A DNA stretch of 64,000 nt from NCBI RefSeq assembly GCF_024502345.1, contig NZ_JALDNN010000001.1. One strand, given 5' to 3'. The position numbers and the translations under genes are program-made. Below the pieces are notes generated by a model that saw only the letters and a list, made by a program, of their open reading frames with translations, had not been told where the DNA came from and ran no database searches. Source of the stretch: Escherichia coli. Its GTDB lineage: Bacteria; Pseudomonadota; Gammaproteobacteria; Enterobacterales; Enterobacteriaceae. Below, one piece after another: positions 15,933-26,194 of this stretch (positions are counted from its first letter, which is position 1; the number at the start of each line of letters is the position of its first letter).

Positions 15933-15997
15933 CTTGTGAGCAGTAACTTAAAAATAACAATCTAATATCAACTTGTTAAAAAACAAGGAAGGCTAAT

Positions 15998-17299
15998 ATG
16001 CTAGTTGTAGAACTCATCATAGTTTTGCTGGCGATCTTCTTGGGCGCCAGATTGGGGGGAATAGGTATTGGTTTTGCAGGCGGATTGGGGGTGCTGGTTC
16101 TTGCCGCTATTGGCGTTAAACCCGGTAACATCCCGTTCGATGTCATTTCCATTATCATGGCGGTTATCGCCGCTATTTCTGCCATGCAGGTTGCTGGCGG
16201 TCTGGACTATCTGGTTCATCAGACAGAAAAGCTGCTGCGCCGTAACCCGAAATACATCACGATCCTCGCACCGATCGTGACCTATTTCCTGACTATCTTT
16301 GCTGGTACTGGCAACATCTCTCTGGCGACACTGCCAGTTATCGCTGAAGTTGCGAAGGAACAAGGCGTTAAACCTTGCCGTCCGCTGTCTACTGCAGTGG
16401 TATCCGCGCAGATTGCGATCACCGCATCGCCAATCTCAGCGGCAGTGGTTTACATGTCTTCCGTGATGGAAGGTCATGGCATCAGCTACCTCCATCTGCT
16501 CTCCGTGGTCATCCCGTCCACCCTGCTGGCGGTTCTGGTGATGTCCTTCCTGGTCACTATGCTGTTCAACTCCAAACTCTCTGACGATCCGATTTATCGC
16601 AAGCGTCTGGAAGAGGGCCTGGTTGAACTGCGCGGTGAAAAGCAGATTGAAATCAAATCCGGTGCAAAAACGTCCGTCTGGCTGTTCCTGCTGGGCGTAG
16701 TTGGCGTGGTTATCTATGCAATCATCAACAGCCCAAGCATGGGTCTGGTTGAAAAACCGCTGATGAACACCACCAACGCAATCCTGATCATCATGCTCAG
16801 CGTTGCAACTCTGACCACTGTTATCTGTAAAGTTGATACCGACAACATCCTCAACTCCAGCACCTTCAAAGCAGGTATGAGCGCCTGTATTTGTATCCTG
16901 GGTGTTGCGTGGCTGGGCGATACTTTCGTTTCCAACAACATCGACTGGATCAAAGATACCGCTGGTGAAGTGATTCAGGGTCATCCGTGGCTGCTGGCCG
17001 TCATCTTCTTCTTTGCTTCTGCTCTGCTGTACTCTCAGGCTGCAACCGCAAAAGCACTGATGCCGATGGCTCTGGCACTGAACGTTTCTCCGCTGACCGC
17101 TGTTGCTTCTTTCGCTGCGGTGTCTGGTCTGTTCATTCTGCCGACCTACCCGACGCTGGTTGCTGCGGTACAGATGGATGACACGGGTACTACCCGTATC
17201 GGTAAATTCGTCTTCAACCATCCGTTCTTCATCCCGGGTACTCTGGGTGTTGCCCTGGCCGTTTGCTTCGGCTTCGTGCTGGGTAGCTTCATGCTGTAA
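15998..17299 (+). CDS. dcuA: anaerobic C4-dicarboxylate transporter DcuA
   Basis: 433-aa polytopic membrane ORF MLVVELIIVLLAIFLGARLGGIGIGFAGG directly after aspA. Confidence 0.95.
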   Translation: MLVVELIIVLLAIFLGARLGGIGIGFAGGLGVLVLAAIGVKPGNIPFDVISIIMAVIAAISAMQVAGGLDYLVHQTEKLLRRNPKYITILAPIVTYFLTIFAGTGNISLATLPVIAEVAKEQGVKPCRPLSTAVVSAQIAITASPISAAVVYMSSVMEGHGISYLHLLSVVIPSTLLAVLVMSFLVTMLFNSKLSDDPIYRKRLEEGLVELRGEKQIEIKSGAKTSVWLFLLGVVGVVIYAIINSPSMGLVEKPLMNTTNAILIIMLSVATLTTVICKVDTDNILNSSTFKAGMSACICILGVAWLGDTFVSNNIDWIKDTAGEVIQGHPWLLAVIFFFASALLYSQAATAKALMPMALALNVSPLTAVASFAAVSGLFILPTYPTLVAAVQMDDTGTTRIGKFVFNHPFFIPGTLGVALAVCFGFVLGSFML

Positions 17300-17308
17300 T
17301 GACCAATC

Positions 17309-17335
17309 GCGGGGCGTTCACGCCCCGCTTTCTTT
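17309..17335 (+). terminator. dcuA terminator
   Basis: GCGGGGCG-TTCA-CGCCCCGC hairpin followed by TTTCTTT. Confidence 0.8.
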
Positions 17336-17414
17336 CCCGCCGACTAACATCCTTCCCCCGTCCGTTGTATAGTGACCTCTCTCTTGCGGTTCCATCTGTT
17401 CTTGCGAGGTGTTT

Positions 17415-17753
17415 ATGCTTGATGAAAAAAGTTCGAATACCGCGTCTGTCGTGGTGCTATGTACCGCACCGGATGAAGCGACAGCCCAGGATTTAGCCGC
17501 CAAAGTGCTGGCGGAAAAACTGGCGGCCTGCGCGACCTTGATCCCCGGCGCTACCTCTCTCTATTACTGGGAAGGTAAGCTGGAGCAAGAATACGAAGTG
17601 CAGATGATTTTAAAAACTACCGTATCTCACCAGCAGGCACTGCTGGAATGCCTGAAGTCTCATCATCCATATCAAACCCCGGAACTTCTGGTTTTACCTG
17701 TTACACACGGAGACACAGATTACCTCTCATGGCTCAACGCATCTTTACGCTGA
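17415..17753 (+). CDS. cutA: divalent-cation tolerance protein CutA
   Basis: 112-aa ORF from [31 protein letters not shown]; an alternative GTG two codons upstream is in the ORF track. Confidence 0.9.
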
Positions 17754-19426
17754 TCCTGCTACTTTGCAGCACTTCCGTTTTTGCCGGATTATTCGACGCG
17801 CCGGGACGTTCACAATTTGTCCCCGCGGATCAAGCCTTTGCTTTTGATTTTCAGCAAAACCAACATGACCTGAATCTGACCTGGCAGATCAAAGACGGTT
17901 ACTACCTCTACCGTAAACAGATCCGCATTACGCCGGAACACGCGAAAATTGCCGACGTGCAGCTGCCGCAAGGCGTCTGGCATGAAGATGAGTTTTACGG
18001 CAAAAGCGAGATTTACCGCGATCGGCTGACGCTTCCCGTAACCATCAACCAGGCGAGTGCGGGAGCGACGTTAACTGTCACCTACCAGGGCTGTGCTGAT
18101 GCCGGTTTCTGTTATCCGCCAGAAACCAAAACCGTTCCGTTAAGCGAAGTGGTCGCCAACAACGCAGCGCCACAGCCTGTGTCTGTTCCGCAGCAAGAGC
18201 AGCCCACCGCGCAATTGCCCTTTTCCGCGCTCTGGGCGTTGTTGATCGGTATTGGTATCGCCTTTACGCCATGCGTGCTGCCAATGTACCCACTGATTTC
18301 TGGCATCGTGCTGGGCGGTAAACAGCGGCTCTCCACTGCCAGAGCATTGTTGCTGACCTTTATTTATGTGCAGGGGATGGCGCTGACCTACACGGCGCTG
18401 GGTCTGGTGGTTGCCGCCGCAGGGTTACAGTTCCAGGCGGCGCTACAGCACCCATACGTGCTCATTGGCCTCGCTATCGTCTTTACCTTGCTGGCGATGT
18501 CAATGTTTGGCTTGTTTACTCTACAACTCCCCTCCTCGCTGCAAACGCGCCTCACGCTGATGAGCAATCGCCAACAGGGCAGCTCACCCGGCGGAGTGTT
18601 TATTATGGGGGCGATTGCCGGACTGATCTGTTCACCATGCACCACCGCACCGCTTAGCGCGATTCTGCTGTATATCGCCCAAAGCGGGAACATGTGGCTG
18701 GGCGGCGGCACGCTTTATCTCTATGCGTTGGGCATGGGCCTGCCGCTGATGCTAATTACCGTCTTTGGTAACCGCTTGCTGCCGAAAAGCGGCCCGTGGA
18801 TGGAACAAGTCAAAACCGCGTTTGGTTTTGTGATCCTCGCACTGCCGGTCTTCCTGCTGGAGCGAGTGATTGGTGATATATGGGGATTACGCTTGTGGTC
18901 GGCGCTGGGTGTCGCATTCTTTGGCTGGGCCTTTATCACCAGCCTACAGGCCAAACGCGGCTGGATGCGCGTGATGCAAATAATCCTGCTGGCAGCGGCA
19001 TTGGTTAGCGTGCGCCCACTTCAGGATTGGGCATTTGGTGCGACGCATACCGCGCAAACTCAGACGCATCTCAACTTTACACAAATCAAAACGGTAGATG
19101 AGTTAAATCAGGCGCTCGTTGAAGCCAAAGGCAAATCGGTGATGTTAGATCTTTATGCCGACTGGTGCGTCGCCTGTAAAGAGTTTGAGAAATACACCTT
19201 CAGCGACCCGCAGGTGCAAAAAGCGTTAGCAGACACGGTCTTACTTCAGGCCAACGTCACGGCCAACGACGCACAAGATGTGGCGCTGTTAAAGCATCTT
19301 AATGTCCTTGGCCTACCGACAATTCTCTTTTTTGACGGACAAGGCCAGGAGCATCCACAAGCACGCGTCACGGGCTTTATGGATGCTGAAACCTTCAGCG
19401 CACATTTGCGCGATCGCCAACCGTGA
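17729..19426 (+). CDS. dsbD: thiol:disulfide interchange protein DsbD
   Basis: 565-aa ORF from [19 protein letters not shown]; C-terminal thioredoxin-like CVAC motif ([10 protein letters not shown]); overlaps the cutA 3-prime end. Confidence 0.95.
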
Positions 19427-19462
19427 ACGACACTTGCAGTGGGAAAGACGGAGGAAAATAGC

Positions 19463-20038
19463 GTGCAACGTGAAGATGTACTGGGAGAAGCCCTGAAATT
19501 ATTAGAATTACAAGGGATTGCCAACACCACGCTGGAGATGGTTGCTGAACGTGTGGATTATCCACTGGACGAGCTGCGCCGCTTCTGGCCAGACAAAGAG
19601 GCAATCCTCTACGATGCGCTGCGTTATCTTAGCCAACAGATAGATGTCTGGCGTCGTCAGCTGATGCTGGACGAAACGCAAACCGCCGAACAAAAGCTGC
19701 TGGCACGTTATCAGGCGTTATCGGAGTGCGTTAAAAACAACCGCTATCCGGGCTGTCTATTTATCGCTGCCTGTACGTTTTATCCCGATCCTGGCCACCC
19801 TATTCATCAACTGGCCGATCAGCAAAAAAGCGCGGCCTACGATTTCACCCACGAACTGTTAACCACGCTGGAAGTTGACGATCCGGCGATGGTAGCAAAG
19901 CAGATGGAACTGGTGCTGGAAGGATGCCTGAGCCGGATGCTGGTGAATCGTAGCCAGGCGGATGTCGACACTGCACATCGGCTGGCGGAAGATATCCTGC
20001 GCTTCGCCCGCTGCCGCCAGGGTGGCGCATTGACCTGA
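19463..20038 (+). CDS. yjdC: TetR-family transcriptional regulator YjdC
   Basis: 191-aa ORF from GTG at 19463 ([31 protein letters not shown]), N-terminal TetR HTH; alternative upstream ATG at 19439. Confidence 0.8.
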
Positions 20039-20144
20039 CAGAAACACAGAAAAGAAGCGATTTGCCGCAATCTTAAGCAGTTGAATCGCTTTTACTGAAA
20101 TTAGGTTGACGAGATGTGCAGATTACGGTTTAATGCGCCCCGTT

Positions 20145-20220
20145 GCCCGGATAGCTCAGTCGGTAGAGCAGGGGATTGAAAATCCCCGTGTCCTTGGTTC
20201 GATTCCGAGTCCGGGCACCA
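20145..20220 (+). tRNA. pheU: tRNA-Phe (GAA anticodon)
   Basis: 76-nt GCCCGGATAGCTCAGTCGGTAGAGCAGGGGATTGAAAATCCCCGTGTCCTTGGTTCGATTCCGAGTCCGGGCACCA with anticodon loop TTGAAAA and 3-prime CCA; position after yjdC corresponds to pheU. Confidence 0.97.
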
Positions 20221-21071
20221 ATATTCATAAGGCCTCGCTGCAAAGCGGGGCTTTTTCCTTTTCTGGCTACGGTAGATTTCTGGTCGTTGCGGCACGTTAT
20301 TTGTTTGCTGGATTTCTCGCCATTTTCGCAGTTGTTCGTTACTTTTAGACACCTCAACATCCTTTGATGTACCTTTTCCTAACCTCACAGCTACGGTCTT
20401 TCTACGGTCCTCTACGATTCCTTTCTCTCAGAGCATTCATAATAAAGTAGAAAATACGGGGAAAACGGGGGAATTATCATTTCGCCCTAATCCGCAGGTC
20501 TTAACGTGATTTTGTCGCGGGGAATAAGGTGGGGAAATCCCCAATAGCAAGCGGGGAAATCTGGCAGCATACCCCCTCCACCATTCACATGGGGATCTTC
20601 ACCAGTCCGTCCACCTACAACAAGCTCTTCTTGCCCTTTCACTTCTTACCGTTTTCAGAATCCCCCGTTCTCCACGCCATCATAAAATGATTTATCCGTA
20701 AGCTTAACGTAATGGACTGTTGAACCTGAGTGTCCGCTGTGAGCGAAAAGCGGAACTTCTCACATAGGTAATGAAGCGTTTCCTAACGTCAGGGTGTACT
20801 AATCAACGAAGAGCAGGTCAGAGGACTCGAACCGCTTTCCTCTTCCATCTACGTAGAATTCCAAGAATTTATGTGCTTTCCAGTTACAATTTAGCCATGC
20901 TAAGTTAGAAAAAGCATTGAGTACCTTAGGATTGTATCGATGATACTCTAAGGATCTTGGAGGCTTGTGAGGCGTAAGGTTCAAAGCCAATAGTTTATTA
21001 ATAGTCACACAAGTGGCTCTATTTTTCGCCTACAAACCTATATTTTTCATACAAATAAAAGAAGTGTATTT

Positions 21072-22490
21072 ATGAATACTCAGCAAATTAAGGTTGGCAG
21101 TGTACCTGAAATTATTGAGCTATTACCAAACTCTAGCGAGCAGGCTGATTCTCATCCTTTCATCCTATCGGCAAACAGTGCATGGGGTGAACAGGGAGCA
21201 GAAATATCAATAGAGAGATTACGCCAAAATATCGAGCCTTGGCTAACAGCTCTCTTCCAATCCGAACATTTAAATTTATTGATAGGTGCGGGTTTAAGCA
21301 CGTCTATTCAAATATCGGCTACAGATTCACCTCCAGCTGGAATGGGTTGGATCAGCGATCTAGCCGTATGTAAAAGTGAAATAGATGCATTTTCTACTCT
21401 GGCTGCCAAAGCTGCAGGTCGCGATAACGGAAATATAGAAGATCAAATTAGAGCTATTAATGAACTTATTAAAGGGCTTGAAATTCTGACAGTGTTGAAT
21501 ACCCCTCAACCTGAAAATCCTCCAGCTCCTCATGCTGCTTATAGAAATCTAAAAACGGATTTAGAAATACTCAAGGGAGAGCTTTCTCGCTGCCTAGGTG
21601 AGTTTTCAAGATCTGTGAGTGCCGGAGAATACTTGATTAAAACTGCTGAACCAAAGCGTAAAGAGGAAACTTTCAACTATCTAGTTAGTTTCTTGATGAG
21701 CTTTGCAAGTAGGACCGCTACTCGCGATAGGTTGCATATTTTTACAACAAACTATGATCGCATTATTGAAGTAGGTGCTGAGCTTGCTGGTTTGAGACTT
21801 ATAGATCGCTTTGTAGGAAGTATCGCTCCAGTGTTTCGATCTTCAAGATTGGAGGTTGATTATCACTATAATCCTCCAGGAATTCGTGGCGAACCAAGAT
21901 ATTTAGAAGGCGTAGCGCGTTTTACTAAGCTTCATGGATCCCTTGATTGGCATGAACAAAATAGCGCGATTAGGCGCTTTGGTTTACCTTTTGGAGCACG
22001 TTCTGTTGAACCTTTTTTAGAAGCTGAAGGCCATCAAAGCAACAGCTTTGAACAACTTATGATTTACCCTAACTCAGTAAAAGATAGAGAAACTGCCGAG
22101 TACCCTTATGTTGAGCTATTTCGAGATCTAGCCGCAGCAACTAGCCGCCCAAATAGCACATTAGTCACCTATGGCTATAGCTTTGGTGATGAGCATATCA
22201 ACAGGGTAATTGAAGACATGCTTACAGTGCCTTCGACTCATGTAGTCATAATTGCCTTCGGAGATCCGCTTGGAAGAATCATAAATTTCATTAATAAGAG
22301 TGGAAGAAAAGCACAGATCACCCTATTAATGGGAGACCATTTAGGAGACCTCAAGACTTTAGTTGATAACTATTTACCTAAACCAGCTATTGATAAAGCA
22401 TCAATAAAAATGACTGAATTGCTTAAGCAAAGAGGATTTATCCAGCCCAAAGAATTAGGTAATTCAACTGGCTCCGAGGTATCACAATGA
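21072..22490 (+). CDS. SIR2-like NADase component of a SIR2-HerA anti-phage system
   Basis: 472-aa ORF with SIR2-family motifs GAGLS (in LLIGAGLSTS), TTNYD (in HIFTTNYDRII) and HGS (in TKLHGSLDW); translationally coupled to the downstream HerA-like gene. Confidence 0.8.
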   Translation: MNTQQIKVGSVPEIIELLPNSSEQADSHPFILSANSAWGEQGAEISIERLRQNIEPWLTALFQSEHLNLLIGAGLSTSIQISATDSPPAGMGWISDLAVCKSEIDAFSTLAAKAAGRDNGNIEDQIRAINELIKGLEILTVLNTPQPENPPAPHAAYRNLKTDLEILKGELSRCLGEFSRSVSAGEYLIKTAEPKRKEETFNYLVSFLMSFASRTATRDRLHIFTTNYDRIIEVGAELAGLRLIDRFVGSIAPVFRSSRLEVDYHYNPPGIRGEPRYLEGVARFTKLHGSLDWHEQNSAIRRFGLPFGARSVEPFLEAEGHQSNSFEQLMIYPNSVKDRETAEYPYVELFRDLAAATSRPNSTLVTYGYSFGDEHINRVIEDMLTVPSTHVVIIAFGDPLGRIINFINKSGRKAQITLLMGDHLGDLKTLVDNYLPKPAIDKASIKMTELLKQRGFIQPKELGNSTGSEVSQ

Positions 22491-24520
22491 GTTACTTACC
22501 AATAGAAAGATTAGAACAATTAAGAATTGGATCTGTTGGATTTGTATCACCTAATGAAATTAGAGTTTCTTTAGAGATTGACTCCCCTGATTCAGTGTCA
22601 CTTCAAGGCGGTTCCCCCCGCAATTTTCCTCGAATAAATAGTTATGTACTGATCAGTAGCGATGATGGATTTCTCGTCGGACAGGTTGAATGGATTGCCG
22701 TAGAACACTCTCCATACCCCAAAAGAAGAGGCTTACAAGATTTTGGCTTGATAGATCTTCCTTTTCCACTTAAAAAGCTCAGTATCAATCCCGTTGGTAC
22801 TTTGAGAGTCGATAGAAAAAACGAAGATTACAAGTTCACAAGAGGAACAGATGCTTTTCCCTCGGTTGGTGACTCCGTGCTCCTGCCTACTGACCGGCAA
22901 TTAAAATCAATAATAGAATCAGGTGACAATAGAAGAGTAAAAATAGGGGACAGCCCCCTAGCTAACAATGCGGAAATAAAAGTGGACCCTGATAGGCTTT
23001 TTGGACGACATTTAGCTGTTTTGGGCAATACAGGTAGTGGTAAATCATGCTCGGTTGCGGGGTTAATTCAATGGTCTTTAGATGCTGTTTTACAACAGGG
23101 ACAGATTCCAAATGCTCGGTTCATAATACTTGATCCAAATGGAGAATACAGTAGGGCATTCGGCCCAGAATCAAAATACAAGGGTAAGCTATTACGTGTA
23201 GAAGCTAACACTGGTGCTGAAGAGATAGATCTTAAAGTTCCGTCATGGTTATGGAATAGCTCTGAGTGGGGTGCTTTCACTCAAGCGAGTTCAAAAGTTC
23301 AACTTCCTTTACTACGCCGAGCTTTGAGGGCGATGAGAAATGATGTTTTATCAGAAGATGATGTGACAATCCAAGCGAAACACTTCTGCGGTATCCTACT
23401 CGTATCCATACGACAATTATCAAGCCAAGGCCAGATATATGTGAATGGCGGCCATGCCAAAGGTTTCGTTGATAGTTTAACGTCTTGGAATAATAGCCTG
23501 TCCACATTAAACGACAAAATCGATAACAAACCTTTCGATAATCTAATAAACACGATGAATGTGTATCTTTCCTCTCGTATAGGAATAAAATGGCCTGAAA
23601 AACCTGAAGTTTCAGATACTGATCAGTTGATTAATGAATTAAAAAATGCATATGAAACGCTTGGAGGTGATGAACAAGGACTTCTTCCAAAAAGTGAAGA
23701 TTCGCCTATTCGTTTTAAAGGGGATGATTTTGTCGCATACCTAGAAGCTCTAGCTCAAGAGACAGGCACAGAGCAATTCGTTGAATTCCTTTTGACTCGT
23801 ATTCGAACAATGCTAGGTGACACCCGTATAAGTGCAGTAACAAATGATTCGGAACAGCCTATCAGTTTAACTAATTGGTTAGACACTTTTCTCGGTAGAG
23901 ATGGACAAGGTTCCATAACTGTTATCGATTTATCGCTAGTCCCTAATGAAATAATACATTTGGTAACTGCTGTAATTTCCAGAGTAACTTTTGAAGCATT
24001 ACAACGTTATCGAAGACTTAAGGGGAAACCACTACCAACAGTTATGGTTGCAGAAGAAGCGCATACATTTATTAAACGCTACAAAGAAGATAGTGAGGGT
24101 CAGTCAGTCTCTGACGTATGCTGCAAAGTGTTTGAAAAGATCGCACGTGAAGGCAGGAAATTTGGGTTAGGTCTTGTAGTTTCTTCCCAACGACCCTCAG
24201 AGCTATCTCCGACTGTGTTATCTCAATGTAATACTTTTTTGTTGCACAGGATTAGTAATGATAGAGATCAAGAGCAAGTCCATAGACTTGTTCCCGATAA
24301 CATGAGGGGGTTGTTGAGGGAGTTGCCATCGCTACCATCTCGGCATGCCATTCTACTAGGATGGGCTTCTGAACTTCCGGTTTTAGTTAGAATGAAAGAG
24401 CTTACTGAAAAACAAAGACCACAATCTGACGATCCCGATTTTTGGGATGTGTGGTCTAACACTACAGAAGAGCCTCGCGAAGTTAATTGGCAACCAATAG
24501 CTGATGATTGGCAAAGTTAA
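22487..24520 (+). CDS. HerA-like FtsK/HerA-family ATPase of the SIR2-HerA system
   Basis: 677-aa ORF with Walker A GNTGSGKS, Walker B MVAEEAH and SSQRPSEL region; start overlaps the SIR2 stop (ATGA). Confidence 0.8.
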   Translation: MSYLPIERLEQLRIGSVGFVSPNEIRVSLEIDSPDSVSLQGGSPRNFPRINSYVLISSDDGFLVGQVEWIAVEHSPYPKRRGLQDFGLIDLPFPLKKLSINPVGTLRVDRKNEDYKFTRGTDAFPSVGDSVLLPTDRQLKSIIESGDNRRVKIGDSPLANNAEIKVDPDRLFGRHLAVLGNTGSGKSCSVAGLIQWSLDAVLQQGQIPNARFIILDPNGEYSRAFGPESKYKGKLLRVEANTGAEEIDLKVPSWLWNSSEWGAFTQASSKVQLPLLRRALRAMRNDVLSEDDVTIQAKHFCGILLVSIRQLSSQGQIYVNGGHAKGFVDSLTSWNNSLSTLNDKIDNKPFDNLINTMNVYLSSRIGIKWPEKPEVSDTDQLINELKNAYETLGGDEQGLLPKSEDSPIRFKGDDFVAYLEALAQETGTEQFVEFLLTRIRTMLGDTRISAVTNDSEQPISLTNWLDTFLGRDGQGSITVIDLSLVPNEIIHLVTAVISRVTFEALQRYRRLKGKPLPTVMVAEEAHTFIKRYKEDSEGQSVSDVCCKVFEKIAREGRKFGLGLVVSSQRPSELSPTVLSQCNTFLLHRISNDRDQEQVHRLVPDNMRGLLRELPSLPSRHAILLGWASELPVLVRMKELTEKQRPQSDDPDFWDVWSNTTEEPREVNWQPIADDWQS

Positions 24521-24941
24521 TTAACTTAACTAATTTTTAGTAGTGTTATAAGTAGTGGCTTATATCTGACATGACAGTTTAGGTTAGTAGTTTCAATCTA
24601 ACAGTAAGTGTCCACGGTGACGTTTTCATACTCAAATCTCCTGAAATGTGGGAGATTTGAGTATGGTTGTCCCTTATGAGCGAGGAGCGGAAGTTCTGCT
24701 TTAAGTGTATCAAACCCTCCAGCAAAGATGTTCTTGAATGTAATGCCATAATTTCCCTAACATTCCAGCACAAATCAATTAACTCTCAGTCCATAGTGTA
24801 TTTTACTTAAATTAAAATCAAATACTCTAGGAATTAAAATAACAAGATCACTTGCGATTATGCTATTTTAAATTAATATTTTTGTTTTTACTGGGGAACC
24901 TTCAAAACACGGAGCCAGATTTCTTCGTAGCTACCCTGTTG

Positions 24942-25766
24942 CTAGGGTTTCAAGTATTCCCCTAAAGGAAAGAAATTTTTTGACAACTTTTGGGATTCAG
25001 CAATTTTAACCAAATAAATATAGAATCCCAACAGAGCACTGTTCTCGCTTTCCCCCCTCGAATAGTGAACATGCCCAGGCACCTTCCGGATGAGGAAACC
25101 ATTATTTTTTACCAAATAATACCCTCTATCTAAAATTGTAATTACATCAGGCATATCATCTAAATCGATATTATTTCCAGTCATGTAATTAAACAGCGAA
25201 TCTCGTAAGGTACTTTCCTCTGGACCTTGGAAGGCTAGTAGTAAGAATGGTGTTTTTCTCAAGGTTGCACACATCCCTGAGATTTCCTCTACTAATTGCA
25301 CTGTATTTTGGGGAATATTTTCTTTCATAAAATAACCATCGTCAATACCGATTGGATTGATTCTTACCAAACCTTTTGACCTAACGCAAGCATCTAAGGT
25401 TGTCTTAAGGTTTGAAGCTCCTTCGGTCATTGAGCCAGTGTTTAATGAAGATTTACATTCAATTAACGCTAAAGCTGAATCGACAGGGACCATACACTGA
25501 TCTTTATCATAACTAAGTTTTAAAGAATGTTTCGAGTATATGATAATATCCATCTGACTTGAGAGATTATCCTTAGAGTCAAAAACCTGTCCTGATGTAA
25601 TATCTAAATTACTAGGGAGATTTGCTTTTAAAAATTCCCTTATTACAATTTCTCTAGCACTTCCTTTGCTACTCCCGTTCGTCGTTATGGATGACAAATT
25701 AAATGCTGAAACCAAAGATGCCGTATGGTTTTTTAAGTGTTTCTGGATTAATTTCATAAAGCTCAT
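24942..25766 (-). CDS. hypothetical protein, possible PD-(D/E)xK-like nuclease
   Basis: 274-aa ORF in AT-rich DNA convergent with herA; candidate motifs E (GSAREIVI), D (MDIIIYS) and ExK (ALIECKS); no family assigned with confidence. Confidence 0.5.
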   Translation of the reverse strand: MSFMKLIQKHLKNHTASLVSAFNLSSITTNGSSKGSAREIVIREFLKANLPSNLDITSGQVFDSKDNLSSQMDIIIYSKHSLKLSYDKDQCMVPVDSALALIECKSSLNTGSMTEGASNLKTTLDACVRSKGLVRINPIGIDDGYFMKENIPQNTVQLVEEISGMCATLRKTPFLLLAFQGPEESTLRDSLFNYMTGNNIDLDDMPDVITILDRGYYLVKNNGFLIRKVPGHVHYSRGESENSALLGFYIYLVKIAESQKLSKNFFPLGEYLKP

Positions 25767-26194
25767 TCCATTTTAATTTATCTACATCGCTTAAAGGCAA
25801 ATGATGCCACCGGCTACCAATTAAAAATTATCTCAACCTGAGAGATTTTTCCAGACTCCAAACGAAAATAAAAAACTACTCGTCACGTCCCTCCTGGCAC
25901 ATAGCCGACACCAAAACCAGCAACATATGGACAACGGTCCCTGCCCTGATGGCAGGTAATTGTATCAGACTTAAACACATATTATTTCTGTGAACTCCCC
26001 CCAACGGCAGTCCTTTCCTCTGAAGACCAGAACCAGACCGTAAAGCCTGCTCTTTCTGCATTTCCCGTATTAATTCATACCATGTGGCACCAGCATTCCC
26101 TTCGCCACACCAGAAAATCAATTCCCCAATAAAAAAGTGCCGTGCCGGGGATGGGTCAACCCTGACGTTCTTTACACCAGTCACAGGAGGTTAT

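Noticed and set aside
16436-17221. 261-aa ORF on the minus strand overlapping dcuA
   Set aside because: Antisense shadow ORF of the dcuA membrane protein gene.
20101-20388. Several 60-95-aa ORFs on both strands overlapping tRNA-Phe
   Set aside because: They overlap a canonical tRNA gene and its terminator region; no ribosome-binding sites or recognisable products.
24579-24773. 64-aa minus-strand ORF in the herA downstream region
   Set aside because: Spans the 15-bp inverted repeat and the repeat motif; more likely non-coding structured DNA.
25876-26184. 102-aa minus-strand ORF upstream of the integrase at 26195
   Set aside because: Lies in the integrase promoter region at a compositional boundary; no ribosome-binding site or recognisable domain.
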